Assembly: GCA_020832585.1 (NCBI GenBank)
Contig: JAFIEL010000003.1
Span: forward strand, 12,399 to 76,398
Length of the DNA: 64,000 nt
DNA from: Natronohydrobacter sp.
GTDB lineage: Bacteria; Pseudomonadota; Alphaproteobacteria; Rhodobacterales; Rhodobacteraceae
Direction of reading: 5' to 3'
Shown piece by piece: positions 51,390-60,473 of this stretch. The notes under the pieces were generated by a model. That model saw only the letters and a list, made by a program, of their open reading frames with translations, did not search any database and was not told the DNA's origin. Position 1 is the stretch's first letter. Each line of letters starts with the position of its first letter. Position numbers and translations under genes: made by a program.

Positions 51390-51511
51390 ATTGCCTGCAG
51401 GCGATGTGACTGACCACATTTCATATTTGACAATGATATACGTTTTCATCTACCCACTGACAATAGTTTTATAGTCGACGCATTGTGTGGTCTGCACATG
51501 AGGAAGTGGGA

Positions 51512-52042
51512 ATGAAAGCTCTGTCTCGCATCGAACAACTGTTCGTGCGCCTGGCCGAACTGGCACTCGTTCTGTTGCTGGCGGGCATGACCATCATGGT
51601 GTTTGGCAATGTTGTCCTGCGCTATGTTTTCAACAGCGGCTGGAACTTTTCAGAGGAAATGTCGCGCTACTTCTTCGTCTGGCTGACCTTCATCGGGGCC
51701 ATTCTGGCCTTTCGTGACCACAATCATGTCGGCGTGGAAACCGTGGTGCGGCTGCTGGGTCCAAAAGGTCGCTATGTCTGCATTGCCGTCACGAATCTGA
51801 TAATCCTCTCCTGTGCCGTCGTGCTGTTCTGGGGCACATGGCTGCAACATGGCATCAATGCCAGCATGACAGCGCCGGTTGTGGGCCTGTCGATGATCTG
51901 GGTCTTCGGCATCACCTATATCACCGGGGCCGCAATCGCCTTCATCGCGCTGATCCGGCTGATCCGGGCAATTCTCGGGCGCACTTCGCGCGCAGAAATG
52001 GCACGCTTCACGGGCGATTATGATTTGCAGGACAAACCCTGA
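51512..52042 (+). CDS. dctQ: TRAP transporter small permease
   Basis: NVVLRYVFNSG, SEEMSRYFFVWLTFIGA, HVGV; four TM helices. Confidence 0.9.
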   Translation: MKALSRIEQLFVRLAELALVLLLAGMTIMVFGNVVLRYVFNSGWNFSEEMSRYFFVWLTFIGAILAFRDHNHVGVETVVRLLGPKGRYVCIAVTNLIILSCAVVLFWGTWLQHGINASMTAPVVGLSMIWVFGITYITGAAIAFIALIRLIRAILGRTSRAEMARFTGDYDLQDKP

Positions 52043-53319
52043 TGGTGCTTGTCATCTTCCTTGGAACCCTGTTTCTTGGCCTCGCCGCAGGTGTTCCGGT
52101 GGCCTTCGCGCTGATGTTCTGTGCGCTGGTGCTGATGTCCTACATGGGGCTGTTCAACCCCCAGATCATCAGCCAGCAAATGGTGACGGGCGCCAATTCC
52201 TTCACATTGCTCGCGATTCCGTTCTTCCTTCTTGCGGGCGAATTGATGAATGCAGGCGGCCTGTCCAAGCGCATCGTGAACTTCGCTATCGCCTGTGTGG
52301 GCCATATCCGTGGCGGGCTCGGCATTGTTGCGGTCATCGCCGCCGTGGTCATGGCTTCGCTCTCCGGCTCTGCGGCCGCCGATTCGGCAGCCCTTGCCGC
52401 CATCCTGATCCCGATGATGCGCGAAGCGGGCTACAATGTCCCCCGCGCGGCCGGGCTGATGGCCGCAGGCGGCGTGATCGCGCCCGTCATCCCGCCCTCG
52501 ATCGCCTTCATCATCTTCGGCGTTGCGGCGAATGTGTCGATCACGGCGCTGTTCATGGGCGGGATCGTGCCGGGTATCCTGATGGCGGCATCGCTGATCA
52601 TCGCATGGCTGATCGTGGCGCGGCGCGAGAATGTCAAACCGCTGCCCAAGGCCACAGGACGCGAAAGACTGGCGGCAACAGTCAAGGCGGGCTGGGCGCT
52701 GGTGATGCCCGTCATCATTCTGGGCGGAATCCGCTTTGGCATCTTCACCCCCACAGAGGCCGCCGTGATTGCAGCTGTCTATGCCATGTTCGTGGGCATG
52801 TTCATCTATCGCGAGTTGAAAATCTCGCATCTCTACGGGGTGCTGCTGAACGCGGCCAAGACAACCTCGATTGTCCTGTTTCTGGTCGCGGCCGCGCTGG
52901 TCACTTCCTGGCTGATCACCCGCGCCAATATCCCGGCAGAGATCACGCGCTTTTTGGCACCGGTGCTGGACAACCCGAAACTGCTGATGCTTGTGATCGT
53001 ATTGCTGGTCCTGCTGGTGGGCACCGTGCTGGACCTAGCGCCCACGATCCTGATTCTCGTGCCGGTGCTGATGCCTGTCATCCGCGCCGCCGGCATCGAC
53101 CCGGTCTATTTCGGGATCATTTTCGTGATGACCACCTGTGTGGGGCTGCTGACCCCGCCCGTGGGCGTCGTACTGAATGTGGTCAGTGGAGTGGCGCGCG
53201 TCCCTCTTGGCAAGGTGATCTGGGGCGTGCTGCCCTTCCTTGCCGCACAAGTGGGCGTTCTGCTTTTGCTGATCGCTGTGCCCGAGCTTGTGTTGGTTCC
53301 GCTGCAATGGCTGCGCTGA
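52042..53319 (+). CDS. dctM: TRAP transporter large permease
   Basis: LLAIPFFLLAGELM, SGSAAAD, IPPSI, FTPTEAA, GLLTPPVG. Confidence 0.92.
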   Translation: MVLVIFLGTLFLGLAAGVPVAFALMFCALVLMSYMGLFNPQIISQQMVTGANSFTLLAIPFFLLAGELMNAGGLSKRIVNFAIACVGHIRGGLGIVAVIAAVVMASLSGSAAADSAALAAILIPMMREAGYNVPRAAGLMAAGGVIAPVIPPSIAFIIFGVAANVSITALFMGGIVPGILMAASLIIAWLIVARRENVKPLPKATGRERLAATVKAGWALVMPVIILGGIRFGIFTPTEAAVIAAVYAMFVGMFIYRELKISHLYGVLLNAAKTTSIVLFLVAAALVTSWLITRANIPAEITRFLAPVLDNPKLLMLVIVLLVLLVGTVLDLAPTILILVPVLMPVIRAAGIDPVYFGIIFVMTTCVGLLTPPVGVVLNVVSGVARVPLGKVIWGVLPFLAAQVGVLLLLIAVPELVLVPLQWLR

Positions 53320-53357
53320 CATCACAAGTCACTTTTCACCATGGGAGGAGAAAAACC

Positions 53358-54365
53358 ATGAAGACCCTGACCAGACTGACCCTGACCACCGCACTTGCCG
53401 CAACCATGGCACTGCCTGCGCTGGCCGAAATCCGCACACGAACAATCACCGTTTCCAACGGCGTTGCAGAATCGCATCCAGTCGGAAATGGCGTCGCCGC
53501 AATGCGCGAATGTATCGTCGAGAAAACCGCCGGGGCATGGACAGTCAATGCCTTCTGGTCTTCGGCACTCGGCGACGATCTGACCGCAACCCAGGCGCTG
53601 CGCTCTGGCACACAGGAAATGGTCATCACCTCATCCTCGCCGCTGGTAGGGATCGAACCCGCGCTGGGGGTGTTTGACCTGCCCTTCCTGTTTTCGAACT
53701 CGCAAGAGGCCGACGCCATTCTGGATGGCGATTTCGGCGCATTCATGGATGAGAAGCTCGAAGCCGCAGGACTGGTCAATCTGGCCTATTGGGAAAACGG
53801 CTTTCGCAACCTGACAAACTCTGTGCGCCCGATTCAGCGTCTCGAAGATTTTGACGGCATGCGTGTGCGCGTGATGCAGAACAACATCTTCCTCGACACA
53901 TTCCAGGCGCTTGGCACCAATGCCACACCGATGGCTTTCGGCGAGGTGTTCACGGCGCTGGAAACCCGTGCCATCGACGCACAGGAAAATCCCTATGTGA
54001 CGATCGACACGTCCAAATTCTACGAAGTGCAAGGGTATCTGTCGGCCACCCAACACGCCTATACGCCGTTCCTTGCGCTGTTCTCGGGGCCGATCTTCAA
54101 CACCTATTCGGAAACCGAGCAGCAGATCCTGCGCGACTGCGCTGCCGTCGGGCGTGATGAACAACGCCGCGTCAGCCGCGAATTGTCAGACGTTTCTCTG
54201 GCCAATGTCCAGCAGGCCGGGATGCAGTTCAATGAAATCAGCCCCGAAGAAATGGACCGCATCCGCGCCGCGGTAGAGGGCGTCTATGCCACCCATGCCG
54301 AGAGCATCGGGATCGATGTCATCGACCGCATGCAGGCCGAGTTGAACGCCCTGCGCGGCAACTGA
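53358..54365 (+). CDS. dctP: TRAP transporter substrate-binding protein
   Basis: Signal peptide, DLPFLF, WENGFRNLTN, RVM, DAQENP; GGAGGAG RBS before 53358. Confidence 0.9.
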   Translation: MKTLTRLTLTTALAATMALPALAEIRTRTITVSNGVAESHPVGNGVAAMRECIVEKTAGAWTVNAFWSSALGDDLTATQALRSGTQEMVITSSSPLVGIEPALGVFDLPFLFSNSQEADAILDGDFGAFMDEKLEAAGLVNLAYWENGFRNLTNSVRPIQRLEDFDGMRVRVMQNNIFLDTFQALGTNATPMAFGEVFTALETRAIDAQENPYVTIDTSKFYEVQGYLSATQHAYTPFLALFSGPIFNTYSETEQQILRDCAAVGRDEQRRVSRELSDVSLANVQQAGMQFNEISPEEMDRIRAAVEGVYATHAESIGIDVIDRMQAELNALRGN

Positions 54366-54382
54366 TCCGCGTCTGAACACCA

Positions 54383-54410
54383 GCGACAGCGTGCCCAGGC
54401 CCGCTGTCGC
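54383..54410 (+). terminator. Stem-loop after dctP
   Basis: GCGACAGCG-N10-CGCTGTCGC followed by CATTTCCC. Confidence 0.55.
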
Positions 54411-54442
54411 CATTTCCCGTTGCATGAAAGTCCCTGCCGCCC

Positions 54443-55345
54443 ATGACCCGGCTTTCTCCAAGCCTGCTCGGCATTCTGGTGATGCTGGTCGGCATGTTCC
54501 TTTTCGCCGCCAATGACGCTTTGGGCAAATGGCTGGTCGGCACCTATTCGGTTGGTCAGGTTCTGCTGATCCGATCCCTTGCCGCGCTGGTTGTCTTGCT
54601 GCCCGTCCTGATGGCCTTTGGGTGGCGCCAGCTTTTCCATCTGGACCGTCCCTGGCTGCAATTCCTGCGCGTCTGCCTGGCCAGCGCAGAGGTGTTCTGT
54701 TTCTATTTCGCGGTCCGCAGCCTGCCGCTGGCCGACACCATGACCTATTGGATGGCCGCCCCGATCTATGTGGCGCTCCTGTCAGCGCTGGTCCTGCGCG
54801 AACGCGTTGGAATTGTGCGATGGTGCGCCATAGCGATGGGCTTTGCCGGCGCCGTGATTGCCTTGGCCCCGACAGGCGGCGGGTTCAGCCTGGCCAGCCT
54901 GACCGCGATCATCGGGTCCCTGTGCTTTGCGCTGATGGTGATCACAGGCCGCGCCCTTCGCGGCACGCCCGATATATCACTGGTTTTCTGGCAGGTGCTG
55001 GGCGCAGGCGTGGTCGGCTTTCTGACGCTGCCTGCCGGTTGGATCACGCCCGGATCGGTCGATCTTGGCTTGATGGCATTTCTGGGTGTGATCGCAATGG
55101 GAGCGCATCTCTGTGTCACGCGCGCTCTCAAGCTTGCGGATGCAAGCCTGATTGCGCCGCTGCAATACACGCTTCTGCTTTGGGCGGTCATTCTGGGCTG
55201 GATTTTCTTCAGCGAGGTTCCTTCGCCCCGGCTTCTTCTTGGGGCAGGCTTCATCGTAATGGCCGGGGTGATCCTTGCCCTTTCGCAGCGTCGCGTCGCA
55301 CCCATGCCGCCACAACAACAGGTTCAGCATCCGCGACCCTCCTGA
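54443..55345 (+). CDS. DMT/EamA-family transporter
   Basis: About ten hydrophobic helices, two EamA repeats (LRERVG; ASLIAPLQY..FFSEVP). Confidence 0.88.
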   Translation: MTRLSPSLLGILVMLVGMFLFAANDALGKWLVGTYSVGQVLLIRSLAALVVLLPVLMAFGWRQLFHLDRPWLQFLRVCLASAEVFCFYFAVRSLPLADTMTYWMAAPIYVALLSALVLRERVGIVRWCAIAMGFAGAVIALAPTGGGFSLASLTAIIGSLCFALMVITGRALRGTPDISLVFWQVLGAGVVGFLTLPAGWITPGSVDLGLMAFLGVIAMGAHLCVTRALKLADASLIAPLQYTLLLWAVILGWIFFSEVPSPRLLLGAGFIVMAGVILALSQRRVAPMPPQQQVQHPRPS

Positions 55346-55508
55346 TGTTGCCTTCCTCCTTTGGGGCAAGCACAAACGGCGGCGCAGTTCCTCGGGAACG
55401 CACTGAAACCCTGTGTTACGCTATGCATCTCATTACGTTCCACCTCGCCCGATGCGGCTTTTTACCCATGATTATGGCAAACAAACCGCCGCCCCCTGCC
55501 CGACCCTG

Positions 55509-55541
55509 ACATGTCCGGTAATCTTGCATTATCGGACATGT
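55509..55541. other. Inverted repeat with 11-7-11 (dif-like) architecture, candidate tyrosine-recombinase site
   Basis: AC-ATGTCCGGTAA-TCTTGCA-TTATCGGACAT-GT; arms differ at one position. Confidence 0.45.
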
Positions 55542-55802
55542 TATCAGAACGCGGCAGCATCTCGAACGTCAAGGCAAACCCTGCCCTTCTTTGCCGCAGA
55601 GCAGCGCCTATTCACCACGCCGCCGCATGTAACGCAGAAACCTGGTCTTTCATCGCTGGATCGTCCTGAATCATGACAGTCATATAGAATCACCTGCAGC
55701 GTCATCAGCCATCCACAAACAGGCCCTATCCTGCAAAACGCGTTACTGTCGAGATCCGCGCAACAGGTCACATGATTTCAATCCCCTCGCAGACAACCAG
55801 CC

Positions 55803-55847
55803 TGTGGATAACTCAAGATTAAAATACTTATTAAAAAACATAATCTT
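55803..55847. promoter_or_regulatory. Perfect DnaA box followed by an AT-rich tract upstream of repA
   Basis: TGTGGATAA (reverse complement of TTATCCACA) at 55803-55811, then AAGATTAAAATACTTATTAAAAAACATAATCTT. Confidence 0.5.
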
Positions 55848-56071
55848 ATCGAAGCACCTCAAATCGCCTTCTCAAGAGCCATCTTGGTGTTGTAGGATCG
55901 CTGACCAAGATCACAAGATACGCGGCGCTGATTTTCCTTGAGTCTTCACGAAACTGGCTGCATATTCGTAACGCGAAAAGAACAAATAATACATCGTTCG
56001 CGTTTCTTGTGGCCGGGCAGCCCATCCTGAACCAAGTAACGCAGATCGGGCAATGGATCGGGCGGATACAT

Positions 56072-57274
56072 ATGCACCCTGTGCTGCATGACAAACTGAG
56101 GCAAGACGCAGAGCGGCTGTCAGAGGCGCTTGAGCATATGTCGAAACTCTTCCTTGCGCCCAAGGAAGAAAAGACGCTGCGCAGCTTCACGACAGCCGAA
56201 GTCGCCGAATTGCTCCGAGTCAGTGACGGCTATCTGCGCAAGGCGCATTTCGACGCCCGCATCCCAGAGGTCGAACAAGGCGCCAATAACAAGCGGCTCT
56301 ACTCCGCCGAAAACATCCTCGAGATCCGCAAGATTCTGTCACAGAATGCGAAGGACCCCTATCAGTTCCTGCCCGGTCGGCGGCAAGGCGACAAGCTGCA
56401 AATCTGGTCGACCGTGAATTTCAAGGGCGGTTCCAGCAAGACAACCACGACAGTCACACTGGGCATGCGTCTGGCCTTGCGGGGCTATCGTGTCTGTCTG
56501 GTCGACGCGGATCCGCAAGCCTCGCTGACGACCTTTTTCGGCTACCAGCCAGAGCTTGATTTCCGCCACGGTGGCACGCTTTACGACGCGATCCGCTACA
56601 ATGATGGCGAAACCTCGCGCCGCCCGATCACAGAGGTCTTGCGCAAGACCTATTTCCCCAATCTCGATCTCGTGCCCGGCGGGATCATGCTGTCAGAATT
56701 CGAGACCGAAACCCCGACAGCCCTCAGCCGGGGCGAACAGCCCGTATTCTTCAACCGCATCCGCGACTCGTTGCGGCAGGTAGAAGATGATTACGATATC
56801 GTCCTGATCGACTGCCCGCCTCAGCTTGGCTACCTGACCATGGCTGCGGTCTGTGCCTCGACCTCGCTTCTGATGACCATCATACCCGAACGTGTGGATC
56901 TGGCCTCTGCCAGCCAGTTCCTGACCATGGCTTCGGGCGTGCTTGAAGTGCTGCACTCCAATGGCGGGATCGGATCCTATGACAATTTCGCCTATCTGCT
57001 CACCCGCTTTGACACGGCCATCAGCACGCAGCAGGATCTGGCGGAATGGATCCGTCAGTTGCTTGGCGACAGTGTGATCAGAACCCCCTTCGTCAAATCC
57101 TCCGCTGTCAGCGAAGCGGGGCTTTCTCAGAAAACCATTTTCGAGGTCGATCTGGCGGGAACCAAGAACAGGAAAACTTATGACCGTGCGCTTGAATCGG
57201 TGATCAGCTTCTCGGACGATATCGAGACGATGATCCAGAAAGCCTGGGGTCGCGGAGGTGCCGATGAAACGTGA
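56072..57274 (+). CDS. repA: Plasmid partitioning ATPase RepA (ParA family)
   Basis: N-terminal HTH (FTTAEVAELLRVSDGYLR), NFKGGSSKTTT, VDADPQASLT, IDCPPQLGYLT, C-terminal AWGR; start moved to 56072. Confidence 0.92.
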   Translation: MHPVLHDKLRQDAERLSEALEHMSKLFLAPKEEKTLRSFTTAEVAELLRVSDGYLRKAHFDARIPEVEQGANNKRLYSAENILEIRKILSQNAKDPYQFLPGRRQGDKLQIWSTVNFKGGSSKTTTTVTLGMRLALRGYRVCLVDADPQASLTTFFGYQPELDFRHGGTLYDAIRYNDGETSRRPITEVLRKTYFPNLDLVPGGIMLSEFETETPTALSRGEQPVFFNRIRDSLRQVEDDYDIVLIDCPPQLGYLTMAAVCASTSLLMTIIPERVDLASASQFLTMASGVLEVLHSNGGIGSYDNFAYLLTRFDTAISTQQDLAEWIRQLLGDSVIRTPFVKSSAVSEAGLSQKTIFEVDLAGTKNRKTYDRALESVISFSDDIETMIQKAWGRGGADET

Positions 57275-58223
57275 TCTTCTCGCCAAGAGCCTCGCGCAGA
57301 TGGGCAGCAAGCCCGCCGAGCAGCCAGCGCCCCCTACCAAACCGCTGGGCGAAGCGCCCAGATCGCTGAAGAGCATGTCCGATGTGTTGTCGCAGGTCTC
57401 GGCGCAATCCGCACAGGATGTGGATGTCGCTGACATCGCCGATTCCGAGATTGCGGATCGGTTCGATGTGCATGAGGGGCTCACGGATCTGATCGAATCG
57501 ATCCGCAGCTCCGGGCAACAGCTCCCTGCCCTTCTGCGCTATCGACGCGGTGCCGGGCCGCGCTACGAGGTCGTCTATGGTCGTCGCCGTATCGCCGCAT
57601 GTCGCGCGCTCGGGATCAAGGTCAAGGCCTATATCAAGGAAATGGACCAGCGCGAGGCTTTGGTCTCGCAGGCGCTGGAAAACTCTGCGCGTCTGGAACG
57701 CAGCTTCATCGAACAGGCAATTTTCGCAACGAAGCTCGAAGAGCAAGGTTTCTCGCGCGCTGAAATCGGCGATGTGTTGGCCGTGGACAAAGGCACGCTG
57801 AGCAAATTGCTGGGTGTCGCGCGCGAAGTGCCAGAGGCTGTCATCTACAGGATCGGCGCGGCGCATGATGCCGGACGCCGCCCCTGGCTGGAATTGCGGC
57901 GTCTGGTCAAGATCGAACTTGCGCCCGACACGGACACCATTCTCTCGCTGATCCCCGACCAAGGGACACCCGCAGAGAAGCTTGCGACGACGATCACGGC
58001 CTTGCAGAAGCTTGAAACTGCTGCCCTGTCGGGTTCCAGATCACAAGCGAATCCGGCAGCAACACCAACGCCGGGACCAACGCCCAAGGCACCCGTTGCG
58101 GTCAAAGCCAAAGGCAGGCGCCTTGTCATAGAGGTCGCGGAACGCACGGAACAAGGCTTCATCGGGTATGTCGAAGAAAATCTGGAACGGCTCTATGAAG
58201 ACTGGAAGAGCAAAAGAAACTGA
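57264..58223 (+). CDS. repB: Plasmid partitioning protein RepB (ParB family)
   Basis: LIESIRSSGQQLP, YEVVYGRRRIAAC, ENSAR..SFIEQ, IGAAHDAGRRPW; GGAGG RBS before 57264. Confidence 0.9.
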   Translation: MKRDLLAKSLAQMGSKPAEQPAPPTKPLGEAPRSLKSMSDVLSQVSAQSAQDVDVADIADSEIADRFDVHEGLTDLIESIRSSGQQLPALLRYRRGAGPRYEVVYGRRRIAACRALGIKVKAYIKEMDQREALVSQALENSARLERSFIEQAIFATKLEEQGFSRAEIGDVLAVDKGTLSKLLGVAREVPEAVIYRIGAAHDAGRRPWLELRRLVKIELAPDTDTILSLIPDQGTPAEKLATTITALQKLETAALSGSRSQANPAATPTPGPTPKAPVAVKAKGRRLVIEVAERTEQGFIGYVEENLERLYEDWKSKRN

Positions 58224-58263
58224 ACCAAGGGCAGCAATGTAGTCTAAGCTATTGATTATATTG

Positions 58264-58281
58264 AGTTGGCCATGGTCAACT
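58264..58281. other. parS-like palindrome, copy 1 (AGTTGGCCATGGTCAACT)
   Basis: GTT-N10-AAC palindrome in the repB-repC spacer; near-identical copy at 59599. Confidence 0.7.
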
Positions 58282-58327
58282 TGGCGAAACAGGCAAAGCA
58301 AACAACAAAGGAGGCAGACAGAAACGC

Positions 58328-58382
58328 AAAAAGAAACCCCCCGAAGGCGGTGAAGCACTCCAGAGGGTCCCGATTTACTAGC
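58328..58382 (-). ncRNA. Counter-transcribed antisense RNA (ctRNA) of the repABC replicon
   Basis: Minus-strand promoter TTGCAG (58417-58412)-N17-TACCAA (58394-58389); hairpin 58336-58368 that pairs (with G-U) only as minus-strand RNA, followed by UUCUUUUU; ~55 nt, canonical position between repB and repC. Confidence 0.7.
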
Positions 58383-58460
58383 ACTTTATTGGTACCCCCA
58401 AAAACGTCTCCCTGCAACACCGATTTTGGTGAACGGTCCATTTTTGCCGTCTGAAATTGC

Positions 58461-59636
58461 ATGAACGCACAAAATGTCACGGCCGCTCAGGTCGAGGCAC
58501 AGGAAACCTGTGCCAAAGATCAGCCCATCCCCTTCATCGGGATGGGCACGATCGCGCATCAACCCTATTTCAAACCCATCGCCCGACGCGATTTGATGGC
58601 CGCGGTCAACACGGTTGCCAGAGACCTTGGCCTGCGCGCGGCATCGGTGGTCGTTATCGACGCACTTCTCAGCTGCCTGCCCTGCAAGGACCCAAAGACC
58701 GGCCAGGACAGACCGATCACATCATGCACGTTGCTGACCGTCTTTGCCGCCAATACGACGCTGTGCTTCCGCGCCAAAGGGATCACAGACCGCCAGTTGC
58801 GCCGCCACCTGGAACGGCTGGAAGAGATCGGACTGATCCAACGCAAGGACAGTGCCAACGGCAAGCGATTTCCCGTCCAGCGTGACGGGCGTGTTATCGG
58901 TGCATTCGGGATCGATCTCTCACCCCTCCTCGCAAGATCAGAAGAGCTTTGCACATTAGCGGCGAAGCGCCGCGCCGAGGTCACGGAATTGCGGGGGCTG
59001 CGTGCCTGCATCCAGAAGCTGCGGCAAGACTGCGCGCAACTCGAACTTGGCGATGACATGCGCCAGTTCGTTGACGCGACCGCAAACATGATGCGCCGCG
59101 CCACGACTACCGTCCTGCAAGCGCGCGCCCTGATCACCAGATTGTCAGAGATCCTTTCACGGCATTCTCAAGACACGACAAAGGACAAGTGCACACAGGA
59201 ATTGACCGCGGATTCATCGCCACGAGAGCCAGACCAGCCCAATGATGCCGAAACTAAGCTCGGAAAAATGCCCGCCAGTGACGGACAAAACGTCCGCCAC
59301 AAAGAGACACCAAAACCATATACAAAAAAAATCCCAACCGAGAACGAAGAAGAGTTCTGGGCAAAACTTGAAACCTTGAACAGCTTTTATCCTGATCCAC
59401 CGAGGACAAAGCACAGAATGCTTCAGATCATATTCGAGTTCGGAAGGATGCTGAGAATGCAGCAAGAAACACTGTCGGAAGCAATAGCCAAGATGGGCAC
59501 CAAGGCGACCTTGTTAATGCAAGATCAAATAGCCGGAAGCTGTGACGCAATAGCGAACACGGATGCCTATGCCAAGCGCATTATCAAGGCAACATGCCAA
59601 GTTGGCCATGGCCAACTTCCCACAACCGTTTGCTGA
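58461..59636 (+). CDS. repC: Replication initiator RepC
   Basis: LGLRAASVVVIDALLS, VFAAN..L..RAKG....LRRHLERL...GLIQRKDSANGKR, AFGIDLSPL (RP-C domain); alternative start at 58542. Confidence 0.88.
   Translation: MNAQNVTAAQVEAQETCAKDQPIPFIGMGTIAHQPYFKPIARRDLMAAVNTVARDLGLRAASVVVIDALLSCLPCKDPKTGQDRPITSCTLLTVFAANTTLCFRAKGITDRQLRRHLERLEEIGLIQRKDSANGKRFPVQRDGRVIGAFGIDLSPLLARSEELCTLAAKRRAEVTELRGLRACIQKLRQDCAQLELGDDMRQFVDATANMMRRATTTVLQARALITRLSEILSRHSQDTTKDKCTQELTADSSPREPDQPNDAETKLGKMPASDGQNVRHKETPKPYTKKIPTENEEEFWAKLETLNSFYPDPPRTKHRMLQIIFEFGRMLRMQQETLSEAIAKMGTKATLLMQDQIAGSCDAIANTDAYAKRIIKATCQVGHGQLPTTVC
59599..59618. other. parS-like palindrome, copy 2 (AAGTTGGCCATGGCCAACTT)
   Basis: Perfect 20-bp palindrome inside the last codons of repC. 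Confidence 0.7.
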
Positions 59637-59885
59637 CAGCTATGCGCATGTTTCAGCATTCATGCCTGGCACATCATATGACCCAGTCACAAAGCACAAC
59701 AAATGCCTTTTCAGAAGGGCAGGGGCCTCATCATCTACATTTCAGCCCTACGTCAGCGCAGAACCGCAGAAATCGGAGATTTAACCAACACTATCAATAC
59801 ATTGCACAATTCTTTTCACTTTACAGGGTAACAGAACACTCATCGACAGAACAATTCCGCACCATCAACGCACAGGGAACAGAAA

Positions 59886-59913
59886 AGGCCCCGAGAGCAA
59901 TTTCTCGGGGCCT
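59886..59913 (-). terminator. Rho-independent terminator of cycA
   Basis: AGGCCCCGAGA-N6-TCTCGGGGCCT; on the minus strand the stem ends in a TTTTCT run, 23 nt after the cycA stop. Confidence 0.8.
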
Positions 59914-59936
59914 CGAAATCATCAGCGTTCAGGTTC

Positions 59937-60407
59937 TCAGCTTCCGCTGGCCTCCTCCTCATCAGCCTCTTCGACAGCTCCGAATTGTGCAAGGAACGCA
60001 ATGATGTCGTTCGCCGTCGCTTCATCCCGCACCCGGAACGACATCTGGCTGCGTGCGCGATTGCTGCCAAGCTTCTCGCGCAGATAGGTGTTGGGGTCCA
60101 GCAGGTATGGCACCATTTCGGCTTCATCCCAGACAAGCCCGGCCTCACCAGCCTCTACAAGCGAAGCGCCATAGCGGAACCCGTCATATGTTCCGGCCTG
60201 ACGACCGATCACACCATAGAGGTTTGGACCAGTGCGCACGTTCGGACGACCTGCCAGAACCTCACCATCTGCATCTGTCACATTGTGGCAATTCTGGCAT
60301 TGGCTCTGAAAGGCGCTTGCGCCTGCCTCGACATCCCCGGCATGCGCTGCAAAGGATGACAACCCAAGAAAAACTGCACCAAGCGTGGCGCTCATTTTGT
60401 AGCTCAT
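59937..60407 (-). CDS. cycA: Cytochrome c2
   Basis: Signal peptide, GDVEAG, CQNCH heme motif, TGPNLYGVIGR, distal Met (SQMSF); GGAGG RBS; TTGACA at 60466-60461. Confidence 0.88.
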   Translation of the reverse strand: MSYKMSATLGAVFLGLSSFAAHAGDVEAGASAFQSQCQNCHNVTDADGEVLAGRPNVRTGPNLYGVIGRQAGTYDGFRYGASLVEAGEAGLVWDEAEMVPYLLDPNTYLREKLGSNRARSQMSFRVRDEATANDIIAFLAQFGAVEEADEEEASGS

Positions 60408-60473
60408 TTAGTTAGCCTCCCGACTGTATGGACTCTGTAAGCTGTATTTTTACGACACTTTGTCAAGCTCTTA

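Noticed and set aside
52020-54365. 781-aa ORF suggesting a DctM-DctP fusion
   Set aside because: The N-terminal part is an off-frame shadow of dctM; dctP has its own RBS and signal peptide at 53358.
56420-56450. Inactive RepA because Walker A reads KGGSSKT
   Set aside because: Small-residue variation at this position occurs in RepA proteins; both lysines and the Thr are intact.
56072-59636. DnaA-like or RepB-type replicon, as in some other photosynthesis plasmids
   Set aside because: The third gene has RepC (RP-C) motifs and the spacer has ctRNA architecture, so this is repABC.
60425-60466. PpsR site upstream of cycA
   Set aside because: Several TGT/ACA half-sites exist but none has the TGT-N12-ACA spacing (found N9 and N16).
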